This document shows, one piece after another, positions 43,670 to 64,000 of a stretch of DNA of 64,000 nt. Made by a program: the position numbers and the translations under genes. The first letter of the stretch is position 1; each line of letters begins with the position of its first letter. The stretch is from Macrostomum lignano (lineage: Eukaryota): positions 682,001 through 746,000 of the forward strand of contig NIVC01000010.1 of NCBI GenBank assembly GCA_002269645.1, written 5' to 3'. The notes under the pieces are model-generated. The model was not told where the DNA came from, did no database searches, and saw only the letters and a program-made list of their open reading frames with translations.

Positions 43670-45480
43670 TCGCCTGCCCCCCGCCGGTAGAGTGCCTGCA
43701 GCGTTAGCAGCAGCACCTCCTGCACCGGCTGTGGGCAATATGACTCGGCGCGGATGATGTGGCCTGCCAGCTGGAGTCGCCGACGGCGCAACAGGTCGCT
43801 TGGACGAACCAGGCCGGCGCGGCGATACAAAGCCGCGTCGGTCACTCGCTCGTAGCCGATTTTGAAGGCTGCGCGCAGCAGGCCAGTGTGAATTGCGTCA
43901 ACTTGTTGCTCGAGCGACTCCGTCAGCGTCCAGGTCTCGGCGTTGTACAGCAGGACGGTTTCGATCACCTCCTGGAACAACGCCGTCAGGAAGGCCTCAG
44001 ACTGCAGGACAGCCTTCATACAGCTAGGGACCAAGGACTACTAGACCTGACAGTACTAGACATGTTTGAGTAGTCCCTGCCCTCACAGAACGAAAGGCAG
44101 AACAGGCGAGCCTGCGGACGCCGGGAACCAGACCGCCGAGGTAGACAAACTGCTGACAACGCGGAAGCTCTGTCGCCTGTCCATCACTACCTCGGCACAA
44201 AATCGCAGCCTCGATGTCGTCCGGCACGCAGAGCACGACGTTCTTCTGCGTGTTGACCACCAGGCCGACAGCAACTAGCTTGTCCAGTTGTCGCTGGGCG
44301 CCCTTGACAGTTGAGGACATCAGGGCGAGATCGTCGGCGTAGCCAAGCACGCTGAGCCGCCTCTCCAGTTGACGTCGACCCACGAGTCGCCGCAACAGAA
44401 AGCCGTCGTCGTTGGTAGGAAGAGCGGTCCGCAGCACCCAGTCAAGCACCAGAACGAACAGGAACGGCGCAAGTGTATCTCCCTGAAGCACCCCGGAGGA
44501 TGTCTCAAAGAAGTCCGATAGGCTGTCCGGTGTTGAAACAGCAGCATTCGTATCACGGCACATCGCCATGATGGCGGGAATCAGCTGCTCTGGCACGTTT
44601 TACGCACGAAGCACCTATGGGAGCACAGACCACCGAGACGAGTGCCTTCTTGAAATCTATGAAGATAACAATCAGGATCGACTGGCGTATCCGTGCTTCC
44701 TCAATGCATGACTCGGCAAAGAGCCAGGAACTGCGTCACTGTGCCGCGATTGGGACCGGAAGTCGTTCTGCTCAGGACGCAGGTACGGATCCAGCACGAT
44801 CTGCAACCGCGATAACAGCATCCGGTTGAACAAATTCACGGCGCAGGACTGCAGGCAGATACCTCGATGCGATCCTCAAGCCTTGTGGTGCCCGGCTTCT
44901 TAGGAACTGCGAAGATGTGCGCCGTGGTCCATTCGTTGGGTGCCTCCTCACCGAAGAGCACGCGATTCATCACTCTGGCGACCTCACTGGCCACACAGTG
45001 GATGCGCAGCGTCTCGATGGGCACCTCGTCCGGACCCAGCACTTTCCCGCCCGTTGACTGTTGGGCGAGCCTCACAACGTCGGCTGTCGGCTGACTGGTG
45101 CTAGGCTGAAGCTCTCCTCTGCCGGCAACGGCATCTCCGGCGGCAGCGTCAGACTGTCTGGCAGCGGGGTGACGGCGCGTTGACAAATGGCGGCGAAGAA
45201 CTCATGCAGCTCGTTCCTGCGCTCGTCCGCAAAGTCTCCTGCCAGGTTGAGTGGAATGCGCCGCTTTCGCCCCGTCAGAGCATTGATAGCCGATCTGCAG
45301 GCCACGCGGCCTCTGGTGGCATCAGGCCCAGCGGCGGCCCGAATGGCGTCATCAACAGCCTGTTGGCGCTACAGATAGACAGCTGCCAAGGCCTCCTCTG
45401 CCTCGCGGGTTGATCGCCTGCTCAAACAGAGTCGTCTCTCCAGCTCTTCCCTCGCTTGCCGAATCGCGGGGGTCGTCTTG
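43670..45480 (-). mobile_element. Degenerate, 5'-truncated RTE-like LINE (RT and C-terminal region)
   Basis: GPDEVPIE, EWTTAHIFAVPKKPG, SGVLQGDTLAPFLF, GYADDLAL, LLYNAETWTLT, RRRRLQLAGHIIR. Confidence 0.9.
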
Positions 45481-45658
45481 CCATACCTGATGCTGCTCCC
45501 GCTAGGCTGGTCACATATAGACACAGCTAAAGCAAGCGGCCTTTTCTAGAATTTATACCACTCGCGAGTGTAACCGTCCTGAGTTGTCCTTGAGTGATCA
45601 TGGTACCCGCGTCTAAACATATGATGCATTACATATCAACATGTAACTGCATGTACTG

Positions 45659-48600
45659 CCCAGTAAAAAAGGGTAGTCGGAATTCGATTGGAATCTGATC
45701 GGAATTTAATCGGCAGTCGGAATTTGCCGGAAAAGGTTTAAACCACAATATTTTGTTTTATATAACACGTTACTATGATAATAAGCATAAAAAATACAAT
45801 AAAATGTTTTTCGAGCTATATTTGCGCAATCGGAAAATAGTCGGAAACCATCTCTTCTTCTTCCGATCGGAATTTGTACTCATTTTTCTTCCTACTTTCC
45901 GATACAGCCATATTCATAACGCATGTGCTGTACTAAACGTGTTTTCTTGCTTTTATGTATTGCCAGAATGTGCAGAATATACCTTTATGATACAAAAAAT
46001 TACTACAATAATTCAGTTTTTGTTTTGATGCCACAAAAAAATGCTGGCCATCCAATTTATATCGAAAGTATTTAAAAAGCGATTTATTTTTTACCTTCCT
46101 CTCTATATAACCTTTTCGTTATATTTTTGCTTATAGCGTCTTTCCACTGGCACTAGCACTGGCACTGGCAAAAATATTACTAAATTAAAATTAAAAACCT
46201 TGTTATTAAAAACCTACTTAATGCCTAACCACTATCTTATTAATTATTGCTAATTGCAATACTCCTAGGCCTACTCCTATTGCAATTCCTACTTTACTAG
46301 GGTCTAGGCCTAGCCTATTTTGCTACACATTTTTCTCAAGATTGTCTTTAAAGCAGTATTTTCATTTAACTACAACTACAACTTATACCTTGTTTTTCTT
46401 ATATATGAAATTAATACTACCTAGTTTTAGGCTTTTAGTCATTGAATCTAAAAATATAAGGCCTTGGCCAGGCCCTAGTTAAACTTACTTTAGACATTTA
46501 GTGTGTCTTATTAGGTTTACTCAATATACCTAACAATCAATAGACATTTGTTTAGGCTAAGGCATTTAAGCAAAGTAATTGAATAATGTCTATAGTTTAC
46601 AATTGTATATTATAATTTGCTTTTAGATAAGACTTTCTTTTTAGTATTATAATGAAGAATTATTAACTTATTATTTATAGACTAGGCCTAGTAAGTAAAT
46701 AATATAGGCCACATGTCAATAGCTATTTACACTTGCTTATAAAACATTTCTATGCTTAGAACTCTAGAACTCTAATTAAACTAAGACTCTAGACCCTGGA
46801 ATGTTACATGTATGTCAGAAAATTTGGATATGCAAATGTCAACTGACTCATTTTAAAGTTGGCATACAAATTTTGGTGTATAATTTATACATTTTTTGGC
46901 ATACAAATTTTGGTATACAAATTCACATCCATTTTTGGCCTACAACTTTTGGTGAATAAATTTATGTTGAGCATGAAAATTTCAATGTAAATTAATGTTT
47001 TTATGTAAAATAAAGAAATATTTGTATACTCAAGAAATTAATAATAAACTTTCTACTTCTTTATAATTAAAAATGATTTAGAGTAGTAAAATTATTATTA
47101 AAATGTAAATGTTGCATCATTATTTTTATAGGTACAATCAAGTTTGTCTAAAATGAAAATATGTATAATATTTTAAAGAATACTTTTCATACAAAAACCT
47201 TTCTTAGGAAACTCAACTTGTGAAAACCAAATGACCTTTTTAGGAGGCTTTTTTAGTTTACATTTTAATGATTTTTTTGTTTTTGGCATACACTGGCATA
47301 CATTTAGCTAAGATAAGATTCTTGTTCTAGCATACACTATTACACAATCCGGACCCTAGCTAAGACTTAGAATAATTTGGTCTTTTAATTTTGCCTTTAG
47401 AAATATTAAGATTTAGTATATTTAGATAAATAAAGTACTATATATCTCAATGTCAAATGAAAGTTCAAATAGACAACAGGTCAATAAGATAAAAAATACT
47501 CAGGACATTATATCCTTAGAATACATTATTTATAATAGTAAATATGATTGTACATTTTGATTATGCTAGTATTAATTTTTTATTGTTTATATTATTTCTC
47601 TTAGTTATCATAGAGCACTTTTAGACTAAGACTAGGCCCCTAGTTCTAGCTTTACTAAGCATGCTATAGCTTGTATTATTATCTTATCAATGGCTTCTGC
47701 TTCTATTTCAGACACTGCTGGTCTAGATGTGGTGCATTAGTGCAAAGGTGCCACAGTCTGTTTGCTACATAATGGATGGGATCTCTAGGTTCAGTTCAAG
47801 ACTGGGGAAAAGGATCCTGGAAGAGCTGACTAGGCCTAGCTAACAAGGATCAAAGATCAAATGTCTTTGAATATGTACAAGCATACTTTGGCGAGATCTT
47901 CAAGGGTATGTGTTCTTTGTGTTTTTATTCTTATAGTATATATTCCAATTGCTTTTATACCAGTTTTAAAGATTGCAAATGTCAAGTTTTTTCTTGCCTT
48001 GCCTGAAGACAACTATTCTCCTTATTTTTTATTTCCAAATCTTTCTAATGACAGTGAAGGTGCCCAACTGGTCTGCTGATCATGCCATTAACTCTCTAAA
48101 TTATTCAATGCAGGACCATATCCTCCGAGTTCTCTGGATTGCATCAAAGGCCATTTAGAGCTTCTGCGATGGCGTCTGAAAGTGCAAGAGCTCCAGACCA
48201 ACATTTGTGGAGTGTCAGTGGGGAAGCAATTGCGACAATGAAGCGCCTCTGCCGCCACCTGTGATGACAAACCATGTGCTGACTCTGGCTGTAAGTTCGC
48301 TGACTGATAATGCAGCCGTTTGGTTCACAACATTTATCTAGCTAGCTAGCTTTTTGCATTCATGTGTTGTTCATCAATCATATTATTGTATTATTCTGCA
48401 TTTGTTTTCTGTATTTTATTATTTGTTTTCGGCACTCATTTTCTGCATATATTGCATTATTATTATGCTCTTTCTTGATGTTTCCTTGCATCCACGTGTA
48501 ATACAATTACTCTCTTGACGTGTTGTGCAGAAATTGCTTACTGTAATCTTTATAATTGCATAATATACAATGCATTGAGTAAATTAAATAGCCAATCATT

Positions 48601-48871
48601 ATTGTGCTTCACTCTTCAAGCAGAATAATATTTTAAATAATGTATTATTTTGCTAAGCACTTTGAAAACCGATTTGTTTATTTTTTACGCAAGCTAGCCG
48701 ATGCAAAAGCAAATTCTGAAAAATACAACCTAATCGTAATTTAGTCGGATATTAGCGTCACATTCCGATCGGAAAACTCCGACTAGAAAACGACCGGATT
48801 GCACGAGCCACTTTGCTGACAAATTCCGACCGGACATTCCGATCGGATTCCGACTACCCTTTTTTACTGGG
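45659..48871. mobile_element. Non-autonomous CACTA/EnSpm-type TIR element, 3213 bp
   Basis: Perfect 25-bp [28 protein letters not shown] at both ends; 2-bp TSD TG (45657-58 / 48872-73); subterminal TCGGAAT repeats pointing inward; AT-rich interior with no transposase ORF. Confidence 0.8.
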
Positions 48872-49744
48872 TGTAGCATTGATTGTGAATTGTAAATTAA
48901 TACAAGTACACGTACCAAATCATGCATGGACGAATTACATGTTCATGTACATGTACATGGATAAAGCTGCTCGTCTACTTAGTGGGCTATATACCATGTA
49001 TAAACATGCATATGCATACATATATAAATTAATGTATAAATGTCTCTGTCTATGTACATTTATCTAGCTATAGCGACAAAACAGAAAGTTCTCGCGGTTT
49101 TTATATAAAACCTTGAAATGAAGTACACTTACTTGAAGTTGAAGATATATTGAATTTCAATTTAGCGGAATTAGAGCGATGCTTTAGCGGAATTTAAATT
49201 TAGCGGCGCTAGTGCCCATGACTGGTTTTACCCGCATGCATAGTATATAAAATGTCGCGACCTTTGCCATGTATTCATGCAGTCGCATGCCCCACCAATC
49301 GTGAAATGCATTGATAATTCACTTTAGCATTAACATACCTTTTCGCGCGCATCATGGGCTCTGCTGGACCGGGCCCGCGCGCGGATGTGCTCATCACGGC
49401 AGTTTGAAAAGGTTTTAAATAAAAAGTATTCTCAAATTTTATAAACTTTAAACAAGACTAGCCAAATATTCTATTTCGAATTTTTGAATAAATATACTAA
49501 TCAAGAGTATTATTATATAAACTATTGTAGTGCAATTGAACTTTGTTTTACATTTACGTTGTAAACTGTCTAATACAATTCAAACGGATCCCGCTCCTAT
49601 TTTTCACTTCACTCTCTACAAAATTTGCTTCTTCCTTACCTTATTAATACCTACCGGAACGTTTTTACCTCTCGACCACTTTGTCGTCGATCGATAAGGA
49701 CGTTGCTTGGAATAAAAAAATTGTCGGATTGTTTTTGTATCTGA

Positions 49745-58300
<8,556 letters not shown>

Positions 58301-59695
58301 CTGACAACTGATCGATACTGACCTGCGCAGTGATTGGAGGCAAACTTTGTTCGAAATCAATTTTTTTAACAGCTGAAGAAATTTGCAATGTTGGGTTAGT
58401 TGTTGAACTTGGAAAGGTGATTTATTAGTAAGGCAAACCAATTTGAAACGTTAGGGACATTAGCTAGGATATTTAAAGAGACTTAAGGGCTTACCAGCTG
58501 AGTTCTCGATTAGTTGTGGAAGGGTGCGCTAAGAGTTTGTGTTGTGTGCGATCTCTTTGTATGGCCGACAAGAAAAATTATTTAAAAAAATGCGTTTCGT
58601 TTTCTCGCCACACCTCTGAGTCCAACCAATGATAAATGTAATTTTGCCTATTCATTGATTGCCCACCTCTGTCTCTGCTTACTCTGCACCGCCTATTGGT
58701 TTAGTTTGGTTGTGGCTGTAGAATTCGAAACCCCCAAAAAATCGCAAAAATACGTTTTGTCAACTTAAGCGTTGATTTTTTTCCTATCAAAAAAAGATTT
58801 CACGAGTTTGAACCTACGATAAAGAAATCAGCGACGTGTACCCTAACCTTACTTTTTCATTTTCATATTCTCCCCTCAAATTGACCGCGGCCCTTATGTG
58901 TATCGGGTTTTTTTCTGTTACTAGCTAATCTTTTAGTGCTTGAAAACTTTTATTCAGACAGGGCACCGCTTGTACTTGTAAGTTTTCATTCATTTCTTTA
59001 TTTCTTATCATTAATTTCTTCATTCAAAGAGGAACTACAGTATCATTCTAATAAAGTGGTGTTTTGGTTACTGAAGCTGAGAGCCTGAGACTCCGCCTTA
59101 AAAAAACACGATTTTTTTCTTGCATTTTCCATTCTTAAAAGACACTGCACTCCAAAAATAGCGAATATGAAAACTATAATGAGCATTAGTAGTGTCTTCT
59201 TTTCAGTGGTTCTTTAAACCTTTTATCATATTGACGGGGTGAAATAAACATTTTCTTTTTTGGATATTTTCAGTTTGATCAAGTAAAGTTCAAGTAAAAA
59301 GCTCTCTAAAACGTTTTCTCACTAAAATGAACCGTTAATTATTCAAGTAAAAAATCGGAACGAATGTATGACTTATTTTCTTATTATTAACTTGGCTAAT
59401 AATCCACCTATTCTCTAACCTATTCTCTATTAATCAATAAAACTAATAAAAATCGTAAAATTTCTAAATGAAAGCAATCTATACTGTGTTTTTTTGATAA
59501 AGCTTTAATCCACCAACGTTTTCTGTATGACAAAAATACACGGCTTGGTTTGATTTTGCGGCGTGATTTAACGTGAAAGCAGAGCCTGATGTGTTGGTTT
59601 ACCATCTTCTGAACTGGCTTAGTGCTAATTGATTTTTTGTCTTTTTATTTTAATAAACACGTGAACTAAATTTTGCGTGTGTATAATAATTGTTT

Positions 59696-59918
59696 ACACT
59701 TGCCCCGATTGGGCCAGATGTGCAACCGACAGCTCAGCCGCAGCTATTGCGCGGCGCATCTGAATGTCACGGCTGTTCAAGGACTGAGGGGGGTCGCCAC
59801 ACACACCCTCAATTACTCCAGCTAATGCTGGCAGAGTTAAGTGCATGATTAGCCTAAGGACAATCGAACCCCCGACTTTCAAGTTGTGAGTCCGACGCTC
59901 TGACCTCTAGCTGCTACA
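59696..59918 (-). mobile_element. Second copy of the tRNA-CORE SINE, with an internal deletion of the CORE 3' half
   Basis: Reverse complement aligns to 14740-15025 (GGTTCGATT, CTTAACTCTG, CCAGCATTAGCTGG.GTAATTGAGGGTGTGTG.GCGACCCCC, CAGATGCGCCGCGCAATAGCTGCGGCTGAGCTGTCGGTTGCACATCTG). Confidence 0.85.
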
Positions 59919-61535
59919 GAGGTCTCTGAAAAAATCAATGTACCCTTAGCCCTGGTTTGCGCTTTTTAAGAAACCTTTGGGGGAGGGAGTTTCGATTAAG
60001 TTGGCTCAATTTAATAATACACAATCAAGCAGAGATGATTTATTCTATTACAGCGTCTGAGGCTGAAGGCTAGAGATAGAGGAACCACGTACAGATCGGC
60101 ACAACAACCAGTTGGTGTTCGTTTCTACCTTAGGCGTTTTATTCCAATTAGATTCGAGTCGTAGGCTGGCCTCAAGACATAGACTAAAAACTGCCTTGAC
60201 ATTTCCAAGCTTTTCTCTTAGTCAAAATTGATTGTAAACTGTTCAATATTGATTGGGAGTTGTCAAAAATGAAGCGGTCTCTGGGTACGCAAACCATAGT
60301 GTCAGTTTTTGAAGCAACGATCTGTCAAAATAGATTCGGACTTTGCAGCCCAAATACATGGATAATCGTAGTCAGGCTATTATCCTGTGTGTAAAAGGAT
60401 AGTGAAAAATAAATTTTAGCAATACCTGTAGATCCCCAAAATCGCGCGAGGTTAGAATGATCTGATTTTGCACATATCATTTCTCAGCACCGTTCAGGCT
60501 TTCATTGTCTGGCAATTTGACAATCATTATTCACATTTTTAATGCAGAACAATTCATTACTACAAACAATGCATTGTCTGTAGGATCGTCAAACAGAAAA
60601 ACAATGCAAAGAATCAGCGGTCGCAGCACGTGACAACGATGGCGCGATGGCTCGCGCCATAGACAAACATTGTTTTTCTGTTTGACGATCAACGGAAGCG
60701 TGACGGCAACGGGAGTGGCCATAGACTATAGGATTTAATCCTTTTGGCATTCGAATCGTCTTACAGTCGAACTTCTAGTTAACGCGCAGGAAAAAATGCA
60801 AGAAAACTTTTGTTTGAGCAAATTTTTACCTATTGCGTGGCTATACACTATCTTGCACACTATCGGCAATTAAAGGAAAATCTAACAAAAAAACCTTTTA
60901 CAATTGCAGTTTCAGGCTGGTCTTGAATGCGCTGACAAATAAAATGGTCGAAAAGCGTGCTCTGGGCACTGTCGCAGCTGCCTTTGATCTATAAATCGAT
61001 CCCATTAGTTCGTAAATCATGCTTTTAGTCTTCATGTTTTACATGCAAACACGCATGCAAGAGACAGAGCTGACACAGATATGGAGTTTTTATTGTTTAC
61101 AGAGTTTGCCGCGGATGCTGCAGCTGCTCCTGCAGTTTCAAAATGCTTGTAACTGCATTTATGCGCAAACTTAAACAGCCTCTCAGCTTCAGCAAGGTAC
61201 TGTACTGCTTAGAGAGTAAGTTTGTTATATCGCAATGGGGCATTTCGCGGTGCATGCTTCCCAAATCAAGGCGACGGTGGTGCTTCGTGTGTACTTCATG
61301 TTTGTGTTTCATCTGTACTTACTTCATCTGTGCTTTATGTAGCTCCAAGTGGTAAAGAAACCTGCTGATGCCACCTGCCAAGCTTTGAATAGTCAGGTGG
61401 AAAGACCTCTTGGATTCGATGAACAAGCCCCGATTCTCAATGGACTGGATCGCGTCTAACCAATAAGAGCAAGAAGCGGAGCAGACGGGGTATACAATAT
61501 CGGCTATTTAAGATACACGTACGTCCGACGTTGGC

Positions 61536-61653
61536 TATAAAATTCATAATTCATTTTCAAGTCGTGACAGTTGCACCTGAAGCATAGGTAACTTTGGCCC
61601 GGAAGTGAAAGAGAAAATTACCCATAGAAACTATTTTCTAATTCGGAAAACAG
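61536..61653 (+). promoter_or_regulatory. TATA box and short 5'UTR intron of the lectin gene
   Basis: TATAAAA at 61536; donor TAG|gtaact at 61588; CAGCAG (NAGNAG) acceptor at 61651-61656. Confidence 0.5.
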
Positions 61654-61688
61654 CAGAAGAGCATCCGATCTAGAATTTGCGAGCATCA

Positions 61689-62468
61689 ATGATGCAGCAA
61701 TTGCTGCTGCTGCTGCTGCTGAGCTGCCAGCTGCTGCAGTCGCAGGCCCTGCAGTGTCCCGCACCGTTCACCATGCAGGCCGGTCTGTGCCTGTTCGTGA
61801 GCACAGCTTACAGCCACAGCTGGTGCTCAGCCAATCGGCAGTGCGCATCGATCGGAGGCGAGCTCGTCAACTCGCACAGCTCCATCCAGAAGTTTCGCAT
61901 GGGAAAAATCCCCAGTGCCAATTGCAGCTGCGACCTGTGGGTCGGACTGAGCGACCTGGCCGATGAGAGAAACCGGAGCAGAGCCGGCTGGCAGAGGGTC
62001 AACGGAAACGGCATCTTCCCGGAGGACGGCAGCCTGTTTCACCCCGGTGAGCCGAATCATGGAGTTTCCTCCAACTGCCTCCGACTGCACGAAGACAAGA
62101 CTCTGGCTGACTCGAACTGCAAATCGAGCTTCGGATTTGCCTGCGAGTTCGCGGGCGATGCCCGACTGCCGACGACTGCCGGCGTCTGGACGGCCGCCGC
62201 CTTCAAGCACGAGAGCTTCAACTCCGAGTACTGCTTCACCGATGTACCGCATGTGAGCAGCGCTGTTGAGTGCGTTGCAGCCGCTATGAGTGACGCCAGC
62301 TGCAGACACGTGCTGTACAACAGCAAGCTGAGAGCTCTGAGCCTGCCGCCTGCTGCTGTTCACCGACGCTCAGGTGGAGGCGGAGATCGAGACGAGCGCC
62401 GACTGGGTCAAGTTCCGACTCGAGTGACGACAGAAGGCCAGGACCTTGAATTACCGACCCGAAACTGA
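61689..62468 (+). CDS. Secreted C-type lectin domain + PAN/apple-like domain protein; frameshifted near the 3' end
   Basis: Signal peptide; C..C, WCSANRQCASIGGELV, LWVGLSD, GW, GEPNH, NC, DSNC..FACE; second domain CFT..SAVECVAAAMSDASCRHVLYNS. A 7-nt insertion at 62336-62342 displaces the expected end (ACRLLLFTDAQ...WVKFRLE*, stop 62425-62427). Confidence 0.8.
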   Translation: MMQQLLLLLLLSCQLLQSQALQCPAPFTMQAGLCLFVSTAYSHSWCSANRQCASIGGELVNSHSSIQKFRMGKIPSANCSCDLWVGLSDLADERNRSRAGWQRVNGNGIFPEDGSLFHPGEPNHGVSSNCLRLHEDKTLADSNCKSSFGFACEFAGDARLPTTAGVWTAAAFKHESFNSEYCFTDVPHVSSAVECVAAAMSDASCRHVLYNSKLRALSLPPAAVHRRSGGGGDRDERRLGQVPTRVTTEGQDLELPTRN

Positions 62469-62644
62469 TGCCACTAAGCACTGAGAGGTTTTCTAGCCAA
62501 TTTAAAATCTCATTCGATTTCAAAATACAATCGGGTCAATGCATTGCAAAAGAAACCCGAAGTCACGTTTTCTTTGAGTTACAAAACTTAGTCGTCTAGA
62601 CAGTGGCCCAGGCTCGATTCCAAGTGCAGTCACATTGATTTGGG

Positions 62645-62846
62645 GCTAAATTGGAATCTCGGCTTGGCTCTTCTCGGGTAATTAACGCCCTTGAGGGCTA
62701 AGGCACAGTGAAGTGTACATGCCTAACGATAGATAAAGTTAGGGCCGCTGTACACTCCTGTCTGAGTGTGTGCCTGTGCGTATGACTGCGTACGTATCCG
62801 CGCGCTTGTATGCCTGCTCAGGGGAGTCGGCGGAATGGACAGCAAT
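62645..62846 (+). repeat. Dispersed hairpin-forming repeat, copy 2 (see 15033-15205)
   Basis: Direct alignment to copy 1. Confidence 0.85.
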
Positions 62847-63331
62847 GCCTCTCGCCGGTTTTGTGACAATGTGACAATGTAAAAGTAACTGACAACCCCT
62901 TTAATACTCTAGCATATAGTCACAAGCATTACGGAATGATAATGCTACCTTTTCCTGACTAGCCTCCTATACCAACACACCCGCGGTTCCGGACGGCTTG
63001 GACCGAAATTGTGCCATAGACATTTTTTGCGCTCCATGACGAGACTGATGGCACGATATCGTGCCAAGCCAGCAAAACCGCATCCGACTGACGATTATTT
63101 ATAGTTTATGTTCGCATCATCTTTCGCGTATAGATAGCACAGCCATTGTTCAAAATGTATATGGTAATTTCGTTCAAGGCAATGACATTCATACAATGAC
63201 CGGTCATTGTTTGGAATTTTTAGAAGTGGTATAATTTTTTAAGTTAACGCGTATATTTTAAACTTAACATATAACATTCAAAAGCACACTTTTAGCTACA
63301 GTTAATTCGTCGCACAAATGTCTCACAAAAT

Positions 63332-63816
63332 TTAGTTGAACTTGCATTGATTAAAGGTGCATCCATTGAAATTGAACTTAGCCACAGGGTTGTCGTGACT
63401 ATTGAAGCCGGTAAAGCATAGGCCCGATTGGATGGAGACAGTGGCATCCGAGCCAGGAGCAGGGAATATGAATTTCCATCCTGCCGCTTCAATTTAAAGT
63501 AGAAGTACTTTAAGTTCTGATTGAGGGTTTCGGCCGGCACTTCTGAAACGTCTCGTAGTTTCTCACTCGCTAGGAAATTAAGGAAGCGTTCACCGTGAAT
63601 GTACATCTGCTTCCTCGTTTCGGCAGGTAGGCTTTCAATTTCTACTCGATCCATCTCGTTAACATCAAGTTGCTCGCCATCTAGGCACGGCAGTTCATCG
63701 TCGCGTCGGTCGATGTTTGATGTCTCGGAAATAAAGTTCAGTTCGAACGAGTCGACATTGCCTAATTCGTCGATAGGCAGATTGCGCCAATTGATTGGAA
63801 AATGAATGCCTTCCAT
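63332..63816 (-). pseudogene. Probable internally deleted Crypton/DUF3504-type (tyrosine-recombinase-associated) gene remnant
   Basis: SLPAETRKQ..F..FL..E...V.E.P.E.LN..LKYFY..LKRQDG..YS resembles the N-terminal domain of Crypton/ZMYM/KCTD1/QRICH1 DUF3504 proteins. An adjacent frame ends FNFNGCTFNQCKFN* (stop 63332-63334), a typical tail for that family. The recombinase core is absent. Recognised from memory, not from a search. Confidence 0.5.
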
Positions 63817-64000
63817 TCTATCGCGACTCTATGAAAATGATTCTACTCGCCCGATGAACAGCGACTCTTTAAAACTCCATCGTCTTGACCATAGACATAT
63901 CATTCTCTATGATTTCGTGTGTTCTGCCGTTGTCTGGAACTGAACGAACTGATTTTTTCTAACCCTTGGCTTCTACCATAGACGTGGCAGATATTAAGAT

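Noticed and set aside
49711-49720. PABPC 5'UTR A-rich autoregulatory element
   Set aside because: Only AATAAAAAAA, much shorter than the known element.

Overview
Eukaryotic (animal) genomic DNA with GT-AG introns; no operons or CRISPR. Gene style (polyQ/polyA linkers, minisatellite-filled introns) suggests a free-living flatworm such as Macrostomum, but that is inference only. Six host genes can be reconstructed: a GT32 glycosyltransferase (+, 3 coding exons), a GPI-type alpha-carbonic anhydrase (+, 3 coding exons), a CPEB2/3/4(Orb2)-type CPEB (-, 4 coding exons), a single-exon Cys-loop ligand-gated channel (+), cytoplasmic poly(A)-binding protein PABPC (+, 6 coding exons) and a C-type lectin/PAN protein (+, frameshifted). 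About 13.5 kb (~21%, my rough sum) is tandem repeat, and 10 of the 13 introns of the four multi-exon genes carry their own array. Mobile DNA: a P-element/THAP transposon with perfect 31-bp TIRs and a 7-bp TSD inside CPEB intron 1, a full-length inactivated mariner, a decayed Ty3/gypsy with its 3' LTR, RTE-like LINE fragments, a non-autonomous CACTA/EnSpm-type element, two tRNA-CORE SINE copies and a probable Crypton remnant. CPEB and PABPC are divergently oriented and separated almost entirely by transposons and repeats. All coordinates and alignments were read by eye.
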